Shown here: one piece after another, positions 50,616 through 58,105 of the stretch
How the letters are laid out: the number at the start of each line of letters is the position of its first letter
Numbering within the stretch: position 1 is the first letter of the stretch
Virus record (IMG/VR): IMGVR_UViG_3300037420_000416
Origin: a virus
Length of the DNA stretch: 60,742 nucleotides
Strand: one strand, 5' to 3'
Notes under the pieces: model-generated
Told to the model about the DNA's origin: nothing
The model's input: the letters and a program-made list of their open reading frames with translations, nothing else
The model's database searches: none
Program-made: the position numbers and the translations under genes

Positions 50616-51794
50616 ATGCCTGAAGCACGCAAACACGACCCGCAGCTGCGTCAATTCGCCACACCCCAGCAGGCGCTGTACCTCGATGCCGTGATTGAAC
50701 ACGGTGGCATCCGGCCAGCATCGCGAGCACTGGGTGTGAGTAAGGGAACGATCTGCGCCGCGCTTGATCGCATAGCGAAGGCGGCAGCGCGGAAGGGATA
50801 CGCTCCGGGACACTTCGCTGATGGCGTAGCTCCTGGGTACCTGATGGGCAAAGTCACCGTGCAGCGCGGGCCCGGCGGCGACGTGGAGCGCACCTGGGAG
50901 AGGCAGCACCCTGACCAGCAAGGGTGGCTTGAAGCGATCCGGGCAACGGTCGACGAAGCGAGAGCTACGCTCCCGCGTGTAAAGGCCACCAAGGGGCCGG
51001 GGCATGCCGATTCAAGGCTGTGCAACCTGTTCGTGTTGACGGATGCTCACATTGGTGCGCTCGCGTGGCGCCGTGAGGGCGGCGCCGACTGGGATTTGTC
51101 GATCGCCGAGCAAACGATCATCGGAGCCTTCAGTCACATGATTGCGACCGCGCCGAAGGCACGCCGCGCCGTGGTCACGTTTCTGGGCGACGTGGTCCAT
51201 CAGGATTCGAACAAATCCATCACGCCCGCTCACGGACACTTGCTCGATGCCGATAGCCGGCCGCGCAAGATCATCAGCGCCGTTGTCAGGATCATGCGCA
51301 CGATCATCCGCATGGCACTCGAATCGCACGACGAGGTGCATGTCGTGTGCGGCGAAGGCAATCACGACGAATACACCAGTGGCAACGTGCTTCCTGAGGT
51401 ATTCGGCATCCTCTACGAGAACGAGCCGCGGGTGAAGGTCAACGATGCTGTACTCCCGTACTACGTCGTCCAGCACGGCAAGGTCATGCTCGGGTTCCAT
51501 CACGGTCACAAAAAGGCTCCGCCGCAGCTGCCGCTGTACTTCGCCACCGCGCATTCCCAGATGTGGGGCGAGACGACCAAACGATACGCCCACTGCGGCC
51601 ATCGTCACCACGTCGAGGAAAAGGAGCATTCGGGGATGAAGGTAATCCAGCACTCGACCCTGGCTGCCCGCGATGCTCATGCATCCCGCGGCGGCTGGTT
51701 TTCGGAGCGGCAAGCGATCACGATCACGTACCACGAGGAATATGGTGAAGTCGCGCGCCTGACGATCACGCCGGAGATGCTGCAAATGGCATGA
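50616..51794 (+). CDS. HTH-fused calcineurin-like metallophosphoesterase (392 aa)
   Basis: Track ORF 50526..51794 with ATG 50616. N-terminal HTH (IRPASRALGVSKGTICAALDRIAKAA), then LTDAHIG, FLGDVVHQD, GEGNHDE, GFHHGH and CGHRHH metal-ligand blocks. Confidence 0.7.
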   Translation: MPEARKHDPQLRQFATPQQALYLDAVIEHGGIRPASRALGVSKGTICAALDRIAKAAARKGYAPGHFADGVAPGYLMGKVTVQRGPGGDVERTWERQHPDQQGWLEAIRATVDEARATLPRVKATKGPGHADSRLCNLFVLTDAHIGALAWRREGGADWDLSIAEQTIIGAFSHMIATAPKARRAVVTFLGDVVHQDSNKSITPAHGHLLDADSRPRKIISAVVRIMRTIIRMALESHDEVHVVCGEGNHDEYTSGNVLPEVFGILYENEPRVKVNDAVLPYYVVQHGKVMLGFHHGHKKAPPQLPLYFATAHSQMWGETTKRYAHCGHRHHVEEKEHSGMKVIQHSTLAARDAHASRGGWFSERQAITITYHEEYGEVARLTITPEMLQMA

Positions 51795-52017
51795 GATCGA
51801 TCCGGCGCCGCGCCATCGGCAGAGATAGCACGCGGGCCGAGACATCAGCTGGCACACCGTTGGCCGCAAGCGTGCATGACGCCTCCAGCCACCCTATGAG
51901 TGGCAGCAGGATGAGGGTGGCGTCGATCCTGGCGGCCGTGATGAGGTCAACACGTTCGATCATGCCGGCATAATACGGGCACGCCGGCGCCTGACGTTGA
52001 GATCGCGCACGCTGATA

Positions 52018-52037
52018 TACTGTTCAAATGTACAGCA
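52018..52037. promoter_or_regulatory. SOS (LexA) box overlapping the -10 and start codon of the 96-aa gene
   Basis: TACTGTTCAAATGTACAGCA matches CTGT-N8-ACAG. TATACT at 52016-52021 and ATG at 52028 give a leaderless geometry. Confidence 0.6.
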
Positions 52038-52318
52038 TCGTCAAACGACTTCGACAGCGCGGCCGACGCCTGGCAGACCGCGAAATCTCCGCCAGCGCCG
52101 GCGTGCGCGGGGAGCTCTCTGTCGCGATCGTCGGCCACCAGACCGAGGCGAAGCTGTACGATCCGAACGACCAGCAGCGTCGCCCGCTAATCCCGGAACT
52201 GCGCGGCGCCCAACTGATCACGATGACAGCCACCGGCATGCTGTTCTATGGCACGGAGCAGGGGCCAGACGGCGCCGAATACGTACAGGAATGGTCGGTA
52301 CGGCTGGCCACAGACTAG
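52028..52318 (+). CDS. 96-aa protein under the SOS box; candidate antirepressor
   Basis: Track ORF with balanced composition. It is the last gene before attP. The function is inference only. Confidence 0.5.
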   Translation: MYSIVKRLRQRGRRLADREISASAGVRGELSVAIVGHQTEAKLYDPNDQQRRPLIPELRGAQLITMTATGMLFYGTEQGPDGAEYVQEWSVRLATD

Positions 52319-52549
52319 GCGCGTCGTCCTACTAAAATACAGGTCTAAGTTGTTGTTTACATTGAGCCTATACAGTGGATATAGATGGGTACTAGATAGT
52401 GCTCGACCAAGCATCAAGATACTGATTTATTTGGGAAACTATCCTGTAACCAATGTTAAGAAGCCGTAGTCTAGCGAACTAGCATCCATGCGGGTTTCAG
52501 AGGGTTTTACAGGAATCAGTATAAAATTTTACTGAAACCTTATACAGCG
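52319..52549. other. attP region (core not identified)
   Basis: A 231-bp AT-rich ORF-free tract directly downstream of int. It contains repeated TATACAG and TTTTAC motifs and an 8-bp inverted repeat (52493-52500 with 52532-52539). Confidence 0.5.
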
Positions 52550-53647
52550 TTAATGCTCGATCACCTGCCAATCACCTCTGAGATCATGATACTTGTCGGT
52601 CATGGCGGCGGTCTTATGACCCAACATCGATTGGGCGAACGCGGCGCCGAACTGCTCACGATACAGCCGCTCCGACAAGCTCCGGATCTCATGGAAGGTT
52701 GGTGGTGTGCGACCTTCGGCCGCCTTAATGCCCGCCGCCTTGCGGGCGCTCTGGAAGGCGTTCGACAGACCGTTGCTCGTCACCCGATCGCCAGGCTTTG
52801 CTGATCCCTGGTGCTCGACGTGGTGCACAAGGTACTGTGTTGTGATGAGGTCGCGGCATGCCTGAACGGCTTCGCCGATCGATACACCTACCTTATCTAG
52901 CCGGATCTCGCCGCTTAGCCGAAGCTTCACGGTCCCATTGCTCTTGCCTTGGGTGATGTGCAAATATCCTTCGCGCCAGTCCGAAAACTTCAGGCTCGCG
53001 ATGTCGTCGCGGCGCTGAGCAGTGGTTAGGGCGAGATACATCGCGCGCTGGAGCCACTTCGGCGCCTTGGCGTGGATCGCATGGAACTGGTCGAGCGAAA
53101 GGCGCTCGCGCGTCACCTGCGGCCTCGGCGCCCTGGTTGCTGATACCGGATTGCGTCCGACCTCAATCAAGCCTTGTGTCTCGGCCCAGCGGAATACGTC
53201 GCTCATGCGCGTTCGCACCGCGTTGGCGGTCGCCTTGCCACTTTCCTTTTCCACGTCCTCCAGAAACCTCGCCACGTGAGCCGTAGAGATATCCTGCAGG
53301 CGCCGCTTGCCGATATCCGCCTCGGCCATGCGCTTGACGTACATCGTGCAGGAGCGAATCGTATTGTCGCGCGGCTTCTTCTTCTCAAGCCACAATTCCT
53401 TGTACACCGGCAGCCATCCTTCCAGGGTGTACTCCGTCTTGCCCATCACCCAGTCGACGAGAGAGGAGGGCTTGCGCGTTGCCAGCGCGGCGTTCGCGGC
53501 GCGCGCTTCCTGCACGGCATGCGCCTTGTCCCGGCCAAGCCCTTTTTGCGTTTTCTCCACCGGATTGCGGTAATAGAAATACCCCGCCGGGTTCTGGTAC
53601 AGGTTCGGCGGCAGGGCGCGATTCTTGGCAAGTCGTCGACGTCCCAT
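52550..53647 (-). CDS. int: Tyrosine integrase (365 aa)
   Basis: Track ORF. ...ALTTAQRRDDI..., FHEIRSL, MLGHKTAAMTDKYH supply the R...HxxR...Y catalytic signature. Confidence 0.92.
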   Translation of the reverse strand: MGRRRLAKNRALPPNLYQNPAGYFYYRNPVEKTQKGLGRDKAHAVQEARAANAALATRKPSSLVDWVMGKTEYTLEGWLPVYKELWLEKKKPRDNTIRSCTMYVKRMAEADIGKRRLQDISTAHVARFLEDVEKESGKATANAVRTRMSDVFRWAETQGLIEVGRNPVSATRAPRPQVTRERLSLDQFHAIHAKAPKWLQRAMYLALTTAQRRDDIASLKFSDWREGYLHITQGKSNGTVKLRLSGEIRLDKVGVSIGEAVQACRDLITTQYLVHHVEHQGSAKPGDRVTSNGLSNAFQSARKAAGIKAAEGRTPPTFHEIRSLSERLYREQFGAAFAQSMLGHKTAAMTDKYHDLRGDWQVIEH

Positions 53648-53648
53648 C

Positions 53649-53834
53649 TCAGTCCGCCACGTACTGTGCGTCCCGCTTTACCTGCCAGGACTTGCCGATC
53701 TTCTTTGGTTGCGGTTGAATCCGTCCATCATGCACCCAGCGGAGCAGGGTGTTCTCGTGCGGAATCTTCGAGAACATCAAAGCCGCCCACTCTCGCAGGG
53801 TGACGTAACGCGATTGAATTTGCTTCTCTTGCAT
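53649..53834 (-). CDS. xis: Excisionase (61 aa)
   Basis: Track ORF. YVTLREWAALMFSKIPHENTLLRWVHDGRIQPQPKKIGKSWQV is lambda-Xis-like. It lies directly upstream of int. Confidence 0.8.
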   Translation of the reverse strand: MQEKQIQSRYVTLREWAALMFSKIPHENTLLRWVHDGRIQPQPKKIGKSWQVKRDAQYVAD

Positions 53835-53843
53835 GCTGCCTCC

Positions 53844-54050
53844 TTATTCCATCCCACTATCCAGATACCGGCGCCGCTCTACCGGCGGCATGGCCTCACC
53901 GACTCCCGGGCGAACCAGCCCCGGGGCCGCCGGAACAGCCCCGACGCGCCGTTCATAATTCGGCCGGCGGCGGTCGTTGATCGGGCTGCTGAAATACGAC
54001 GACGCGCCTTTGCGTCGGTCCGGTCCGCGTTCCTTCATCGTTTCCTGCAT
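53844..54050 (-). CDS. Arg/Pro-rich small protein (68 aa)
   Basis: Track ORF 53844..54077. ATG 54050 lies 8 nt after AAGGA; the start is uncertain. Confidence 0.4.
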   Translation of the reverse strand: MQETMKERGPDRRKGASSYFSSPINDRRRPNYERRVGAVPAAPGLVRPGVGEAMPPVERRRYLDSGME

Positions 54051-54132
54051 GTGCATTCCTTTCGTCCTTGATCGCATTCACCGCGGCAACCTGACAGATC
54101 GGCCAGCGCGCCCCACATCAGCCGCCACACGA

Positions 54133-54450
54133 TCACGTACCACATGACGGGCTCCGGGCGTTGTCCTTGAATTCGTCAGGATTGGTCAAGCCTTTGATGT
54201 TCCCAACCCGTGCGTTAGCCAGTTCCAAATTGCGCCGCGCTGCTATGACCCTTGCTTGCGCATCAGCGAGCATCGAGGTGCGTGCTTCTTCCCACGTTTC
54301 AAAGAAGTCCTTACGCGAACGTTTCAGTTCTGATGGCACGGACCATCGTTTATCAATGTAGGTAACAAAGCTCTTCGTCAGCTTTACTACTTCCACAGGT
54401 TCGATCGATACGCCGTATCCAACCTTGAACATAATTTTTTTCTCACTCAT
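54133..54450 (-). CDS. Hypothetical early protein (105 aa)
   Basis: Track ORF, ATGA-coupled to lar. Confidence 0.55.
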   Translation of the reverse strand: MSEKKIMFKVGYGVSIEPVEVVKLTKSFVTYIDKRWSVPSELKRSRKDFFETWEEARTSMLADAQARVIAARRNLELANARVGNIKGLTNPDEFKDNARSPSCGT

Positions 54451-54827
54451 GCTTCCTTCTCCCTGGCGTTGTGCGCTTCGATAGCGTCGGCAGCACGAAG
54501 CGGGCTTCCGATCAGGTCATGCTTCTTGAGGTAGGCGGTCGCCTTCGTTGGCATTTCGTGCTCGGGTGCGGCCTTCTTCAGCGCGTACGACAAGCGCGCG
54601 ATCAGTAACGCCATATCTGGAATCCTCGGCCCAGATGCGGTAGCCACACGTCGGTTCCAGACGGCTATGGCGGAAGCAGCATCTGTACCGTTTGGTCCAG
54701 TCGTAGTGCAGTCCTTGCACTGGCAATATGCGTCCGGTTCTTTGTCATTGGGTAATGGTGGGTGGACCCATGTCGTAATATTCACGCTTCCACAAAACGG
54801 ACATAGCTTGAGTTCTTCGGTGCTCAT
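54447..54827 (-). CDS. lar: Lar-family restriction alleviation protein (126 aa)
   Basis: Track ORF. LKLCPFCGSVNITTW...YCQCKDCTTTGPNGTDAASAIAVWNRR parallels Rac Lar (KPCPFCG...KCNGCESRTGYGGSEKEALERWNKR). Confidence 0.7.
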   Translation of the reverse strand: MSTEELKLCPFCGSVNITTWVHPPLPNDKEPDAYCQCKDCTTTGPNGTDAASAIAVWNRRVATASGPRIPDMALLIARLSYALKKAAPEHEMPTKATAYLKKHDLIGSPLRAADAIEAHNAREKEA

Positions 54828-55321
54828 GCTTTCTCCTTCTCGATAGCTTCGTCGATGGCATCATCAAACTTGACGCCATCAACGACCCTCCCAGTTTGCC
54901 AATGGCCGGCGGCAATGGCGTCGAGATCGGCAATTCGAAGGAACCGGTACCGCGCCGCATCCGCCCGTAGCCGCTCGACCTCCGCGATCAGTTCAAGCAC
55001 AGCAGCGGGGTTGGCAGCTGCGATCCATTGCGCATCAGGGTGGGCAACGCCCATGAACCAGTTGGCGTGGTGCTCGCGACCCGGCACCTTCACGCCGTAT
55101 TTGTCGACGCGTTCCATGATGTTGTATTTGCCGCTGGCGACAGCGTCGTTGAAGCGCGGCGCGGCGCCACCCATGCCCCAGCGCGCGAAGTCCATGACGA
55201 TCTTGTCGAACGTCGGGCGCCCTCCGGTCAGCCATACGCTTTTGTTTTGGCGATTCAGTTCCCACTGCCATGGACCGGCAGATGCCTCCAGTGCCAGCAC
55301 CTTAAGCTTTTCGATGTCCAT
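54824..55321 (-). CDS. Ead/Ea22-like protein (165 aa)
   Basis: Track ORF 54824..55384 with ATG 55321. LKVLALEASAGPWQWE... and the C-terminal coiled coil (AAVLELIAEVERLRADAARYRFL) are Ea22-like. Confidence 0.55.
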   Translation of the reverse strand: MDIEKLKVLALEASAGPWQWELNRQNKSVWLTGGRPTFDKIVMDFARWGMGGAAPRFNDAVASGKYNIMERVDKYGVKVPGREHHANWFMGVAHPDAQWIAAANPAAVLELIAEVERLRADAARYRFLRIADLDAIAAGHWQTGRVVDGVKFDDAIDEAIEKEKA

Positions 55322-55322
55322 T

Positions 55323-55826
55323 TCAGGCCTCATTGGTGGCGAGTTGGGCGAAGTAGCGATACAGGACCGTCTCACGCGGGTCATCGCCGTCCTTTCTCAG
55401 AGTCGCAAAGCCCTCGTTCTCTTTCGACACACGAATCACATCATCGCCGCGCTCGATATGCCAGCCCTCGGGCGCTCCCCCAACGGTGCGACCGTCGATG
55501 TAGGCGATGAGTTGCCGACTAGCGCGACCCACTGGACTGTCCGGCGACATGATCGGAGCTCCATCTCTCCAACCTTGGACACGTCCCAACAATTCGCGGA
55601 ACTCCGGGGTATCGATGCTCCCCGTCTTCCGTTCTGCCAGCTCGCGCTCAAGCTGGCGGATACGGGCGGCATACGGTGCGATTATGGATTGCACTTGCTC
55701 TACGGTGTATCCGTGCTTGTGCGACAACTTGCCGAATTCGTCCATGAAATCGATCATGCCCGCGGGCGCCGGCAGTTCTTCCCCCATAGGGGCGGAAGGA
55801 GCGGTGCTGTTGGTATCAGTGCTCAT
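55323..55826 (-). CDS. Hypothetical early protein (167 aa)
   Basis: Track ORF in the coupled chain. Confidence 0.55.
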   Translation of the reverse strand: MSTDTNSTAPSAPMGEELPAPAGMIDFMDEFGKLSHKHGYTVEQVQSIIAPYAARIRQLERELAERKTGSIDTPEFRELLGRVQGWRDGAPIMSPDSPVGRASRQLIAYIDGRTVGGAPEGWHIERGDDVIRVSKENEGFATLRKDGDDPRETVLYRYFAQLATNEA

Positions 55827-56215
55827 TGCGGTCCTTTCGTGTCGTGAGATGCAGCGCTGCCGGCGCTTGCGAACAGGTCGAGCGTATGCTCGTCCTTGGT
55901 GGCCGGGATGGGCTGGCCAGCTTCTACGAATGCCGTGCAGCGCGGTTGCCCATCAGCGCCGTACTGCCATTCCTGCGGATAGTCGGGATGGTCGACGGCC
56001 AGCATGTATGTTTTCCCGATCAACTCGCAGATCTGGTTGTCGTCGCATTCTTCCAGCGGCAGGCCGGCCATCATGCCGTGGTCGCGCTCGCATTGGGCGC
56101 ACCACGCATCTATGAACAGCGCGCCCTCCGTGCCGTTACCCGGGCGGTATTTCTTCCCTGCGCGCTCCTTGTTCATCTCGGCCCAGGATTCCGGGTATAT
56201 GGCGATGGTCTTCAT
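55823..56215 (-). CDS. Cys-containing hypothetical early protein (130 aa)
   Basis: Track ORF. ...YRPGNGTEGALFIDAWCAQCERDHG... Confidence 0.55.
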   Translation of the reverse strand: MKTIAIYPESWAEMNKERAGKKYRPGNGTEGALFIDAWCAQCERDHGMMAGLPLEECDDNQICELIGKTYMLAVDHPDYPQEWQYGADGQPRCTAFVEAGQPIPATKDEHTLDLFASAGSAASHDTKGPQ

Positions 56216-57396
56216 TTCGCCTCCTGTGCCGCGCTGGAGGAGATTGCTGCGCGGTCGAGGTCGTCATCTATGATCGTTGCAAGGCGTTCTGCCGCCCGAT
56301 TCGCTTTTTTGCTGAACGAGTCAAAGTCACCCCGTATTTCTCCCGGCCCCACCAGTAAGAAATTTGCAGGCACTTTGAATGACGTATCCTCGCCAGCATT
56401 CGCTGCACGTGACGCTCCCTGCTGGGCGAGGACTGCTCGAATGCGCTCTGCCGTTGGGTTAGGGACCGGATAATCTCCCTCGGCACGGATCAGTTCGGCG
56501 TGATCGTCGTGCTGTTTCAGTACTTCGCGCAGCAATCGAATGGGTGTATCAATCCTGCATGCGTCAACTTGGATGTAGAACTTGATCGCCGCCCGAAGTG
56601 CATTTACTACGTAGCGGTGGCCCAAGCTTGTCAGACTGCCGGGCGGCATAGCTTCGCTGAACTCTGCGTGTGCGCCTTTCAGGAAGGCGTCGTTCACGAC
56701 AGCTTGCTCGCTCGCGCTTGCCGTGGTGGCCGCAGGCGATATCACCGTCGTGCTGGTGCCGTTGGCATAGTTGACGGCCCGGTTGTAATCAGTGAGATCG
56801 AGTTTCGCCTCCCCGTCCATCTGGCTGACTGCCTGCTGCGCGGCCGGTGCAGCAAGCTTGTTGTGTAGCCGCTTGGCGTCGGCGAACAGCTTACCCATGT
56901 CACACTCCAACTTGTCGCCGTTCGGGCAGGTCCCATCCTCGTCGGCGCAGTCACGGCATAAGGGGCGCGGTCGCTTGTCGAGCGCTTCAGCGCATTCAAT
57001 CAGTCGACGCAGAGTGTAGATTTCATCTTGCGTCAGGGCAGGTGCCTCTGGCGCGTCTTTCTGGCTGACTGCGGGCGATGCGAGGGCGACGCGGTCCACG
57101 ATGTACTTCACGATGCGAGCGTCCGATTCGGCCTTCTCAGGTTCTCGGCCAGTGGACAGGATGCATTCACCGATCCAATCGTAAGCGTCTTTCATCGCAG
57201 CCTCTAATAGTGCGGAAGCGTTCAAGTGCTCATCTCCTGCCGCAACGCTCGGCTCTGCGCGGCGGGCGAGGAGATAGGCGTCGCCAATCATCGCGCACTC
57301 GTCTGCCATGCGCGGGCACGGTGCTTTCAGTCGGTCTACGCCGCATTCCGGGCATAGAAGCTTGTCCAGGTCGAGACCTGCGGTCTGGTTATCCAT
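56212..57396 (-). CDS. Orphan early protein (394 aa)
   Basis: Track ORF, coupled at both ends. It contains several CxxC-like pairs. Confidence 0.6.
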   Translation of the reverse strand: MDNQTAGLDLDKLLCPECGVDRLKAPCPRMADECAMIGDAYLLARRAEPSVAAGDEHLNASALLEAAMKDAYDWIGECILSTGREPEKAESDARIVKYIVDRVALASPAVSQKDAPEAPALTQDEIYTLRRLIECAEALDKRPRPLCRDCADEDGTCPNGDKLECDMGKLFADAKRLHNKLAAPAAQQAVSQMDGEAKLDLTDYNRAVNYANGTSTTVISPAATTASASEQAVVNDAFLKGAHAEFSEAMPPGSLTSLGHRYVVNALRAAIKFYIQVDACRIDTPIRLLREVLKQHDDHAELIRAEGDYPVPNPTAERIRAVLAQQGASRAANAGEDTSFKVPANFLLVGPGEIRGDFDSFSKKANRAAERLATIIDDDLDRAAISSSAAQEAK

Positions 57397-58105
57397 TGTT
57401 ATCTCCAGTCAGAATTTTCCATGCTGTTGCAGCCACTCGCGGGTCTTGTCCGTTCCCAATGGCGCGGTTCCGCTCCATCCGATCGGCCATCCCATCAGGC
57501 TTTCCCAGAAATCCGGGTTCACATACAATTTCCCGATTGGCGAGTTGCGCAATTTGTTCAGGCTTCCGCCAACCTCCTGGAAGGTTCCGCCCCAATGGCT
57601 TGAGCCATGGCATGGAGTCGGCCACGATCCAGATCCTTTGCCTTCCGTGATCGGCGCCCAGGTCGTCAGATCCAAGCACTCCCCATCGTGCATCGAACCC
57701 CATCGAGGCCAGATCCCCGAGAACTCGACCAAGTCCCCGAGCAGTGAGCATTGGCGAGTTCTCCACACGGACGAAGCGGGGTCGAACTTCGCGAACGATC
57801 CTGGCCATTTCCACCCACAGTCGGCTTTGGTCGCCCTCGATGCCGGCTTTCTTCCCGGCGGAACTGATGTCCGTGCAGGGAAACCCGCCAGATACCACGT
57901 CAGCAATGCCATTCCATGGCCGTCCGTCGAAGGTACGAACATCGTCCCAAATGGGGAACGGTGGCAGGTGGCCTTCATTCTGTCGCTGCATGAGTCTTCG
58001 GGCACAGAAGGCATTGATTTCCACGGCACAGACTGTGCGCTCTCCGAGCAATTGGCCCGCGAGTATTCCGCCTCCAGCGCCTGCGAAAAGTGCCAGCTCA
58101 TTCAT
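57389..58105 (-). CDS. DNA (cytosine-5)-methyltransferase no. 2, short form (238 aa; frame A)
   Basis: Track ORF 57389..58294. AGGAAGG lies 5 nt before ATG 58105. Motifs: ALFAGAGGG (I), GGFPCTDIS (IV), RVENSP (VI), RQRIWIV (VIII), NRAIGNGQDPRVAATAW (X). Confidence 0.8.
   Translation of the reverse strand: MNELALFAGAGGGILAGQLLGERTVCAVEINAFCARRLMQRQNEGHLPPFPIWDDVRTFDGRPWNGIADVVSGGFPCTDISSAGKKAGIEGDQSRLWVEMARIVREVRPRFVRVENSPMLTARGLGRVLGDLASMGFDARWGVLGSDDLGADHGRQRIWIVADSMPWLKPLGRNLPGGWRKPEQIAQLANREIVCEPGFLGKPDGMADRMERNRAIGNGQDPRVAATAWKILTGDNNG
57409..58101 (-). CDS. 230-aa ORF fully overlapping the methyltransferase on the same strand in another frame (frame B)
   Basis: Track ORF. Its ATG lies 4 nt after the frame-A ATG (ATGAATGAGC). 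It has Trp/Ser-rich, non-junk composition, with blocks GFPARTS, WRTRQCSLL, WPRWGSMHDGEC, SGSWPTP and NPDFWESLMGWPIGW. See the finding on this overlap. Confidence 0.4.
   Translation of the reverse strand: MSWHFSQALEAEYSRANCSESAQSVPWKSMPSVPEDSCSDRMKATCHRSPFGTMFVPSTDGHGMALLTWYLAGFPARTSVPPGRKPASRATKADCGWKWPGSFAKFDPASSVWRTRQCSLLGDLVEFSGIWPRWGSMHDGECLDLTTWAPITEGKGSGSWPTPCHGSSHWGGTFQEVGGSLNKLRNSPIGKLYVNPDFWESLMGWPIGWSGTAPLGTDKTREWLQQHGKF

Noticed and set aside
51766-51963. 65-aa minus-strand ORF divergent from the SOS-box gene
   Set aside because: It overlaps the 3' end of the metallophosphoesterase gene by 29 nt, has no RBS and only a weak -35, and its sequence is low-complexity hydrophobic/Ala-rich. 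I kept it only as a possibility.
54855-55847. 330-aa + strand ORF, and similar + strand ORFs across 55028..58130
   Set aside because: They are antisense to the tightly coupled minus-strand early genes (Ea22-like, 167 aa, 130 aa, methylase). They are shadow ORFs.
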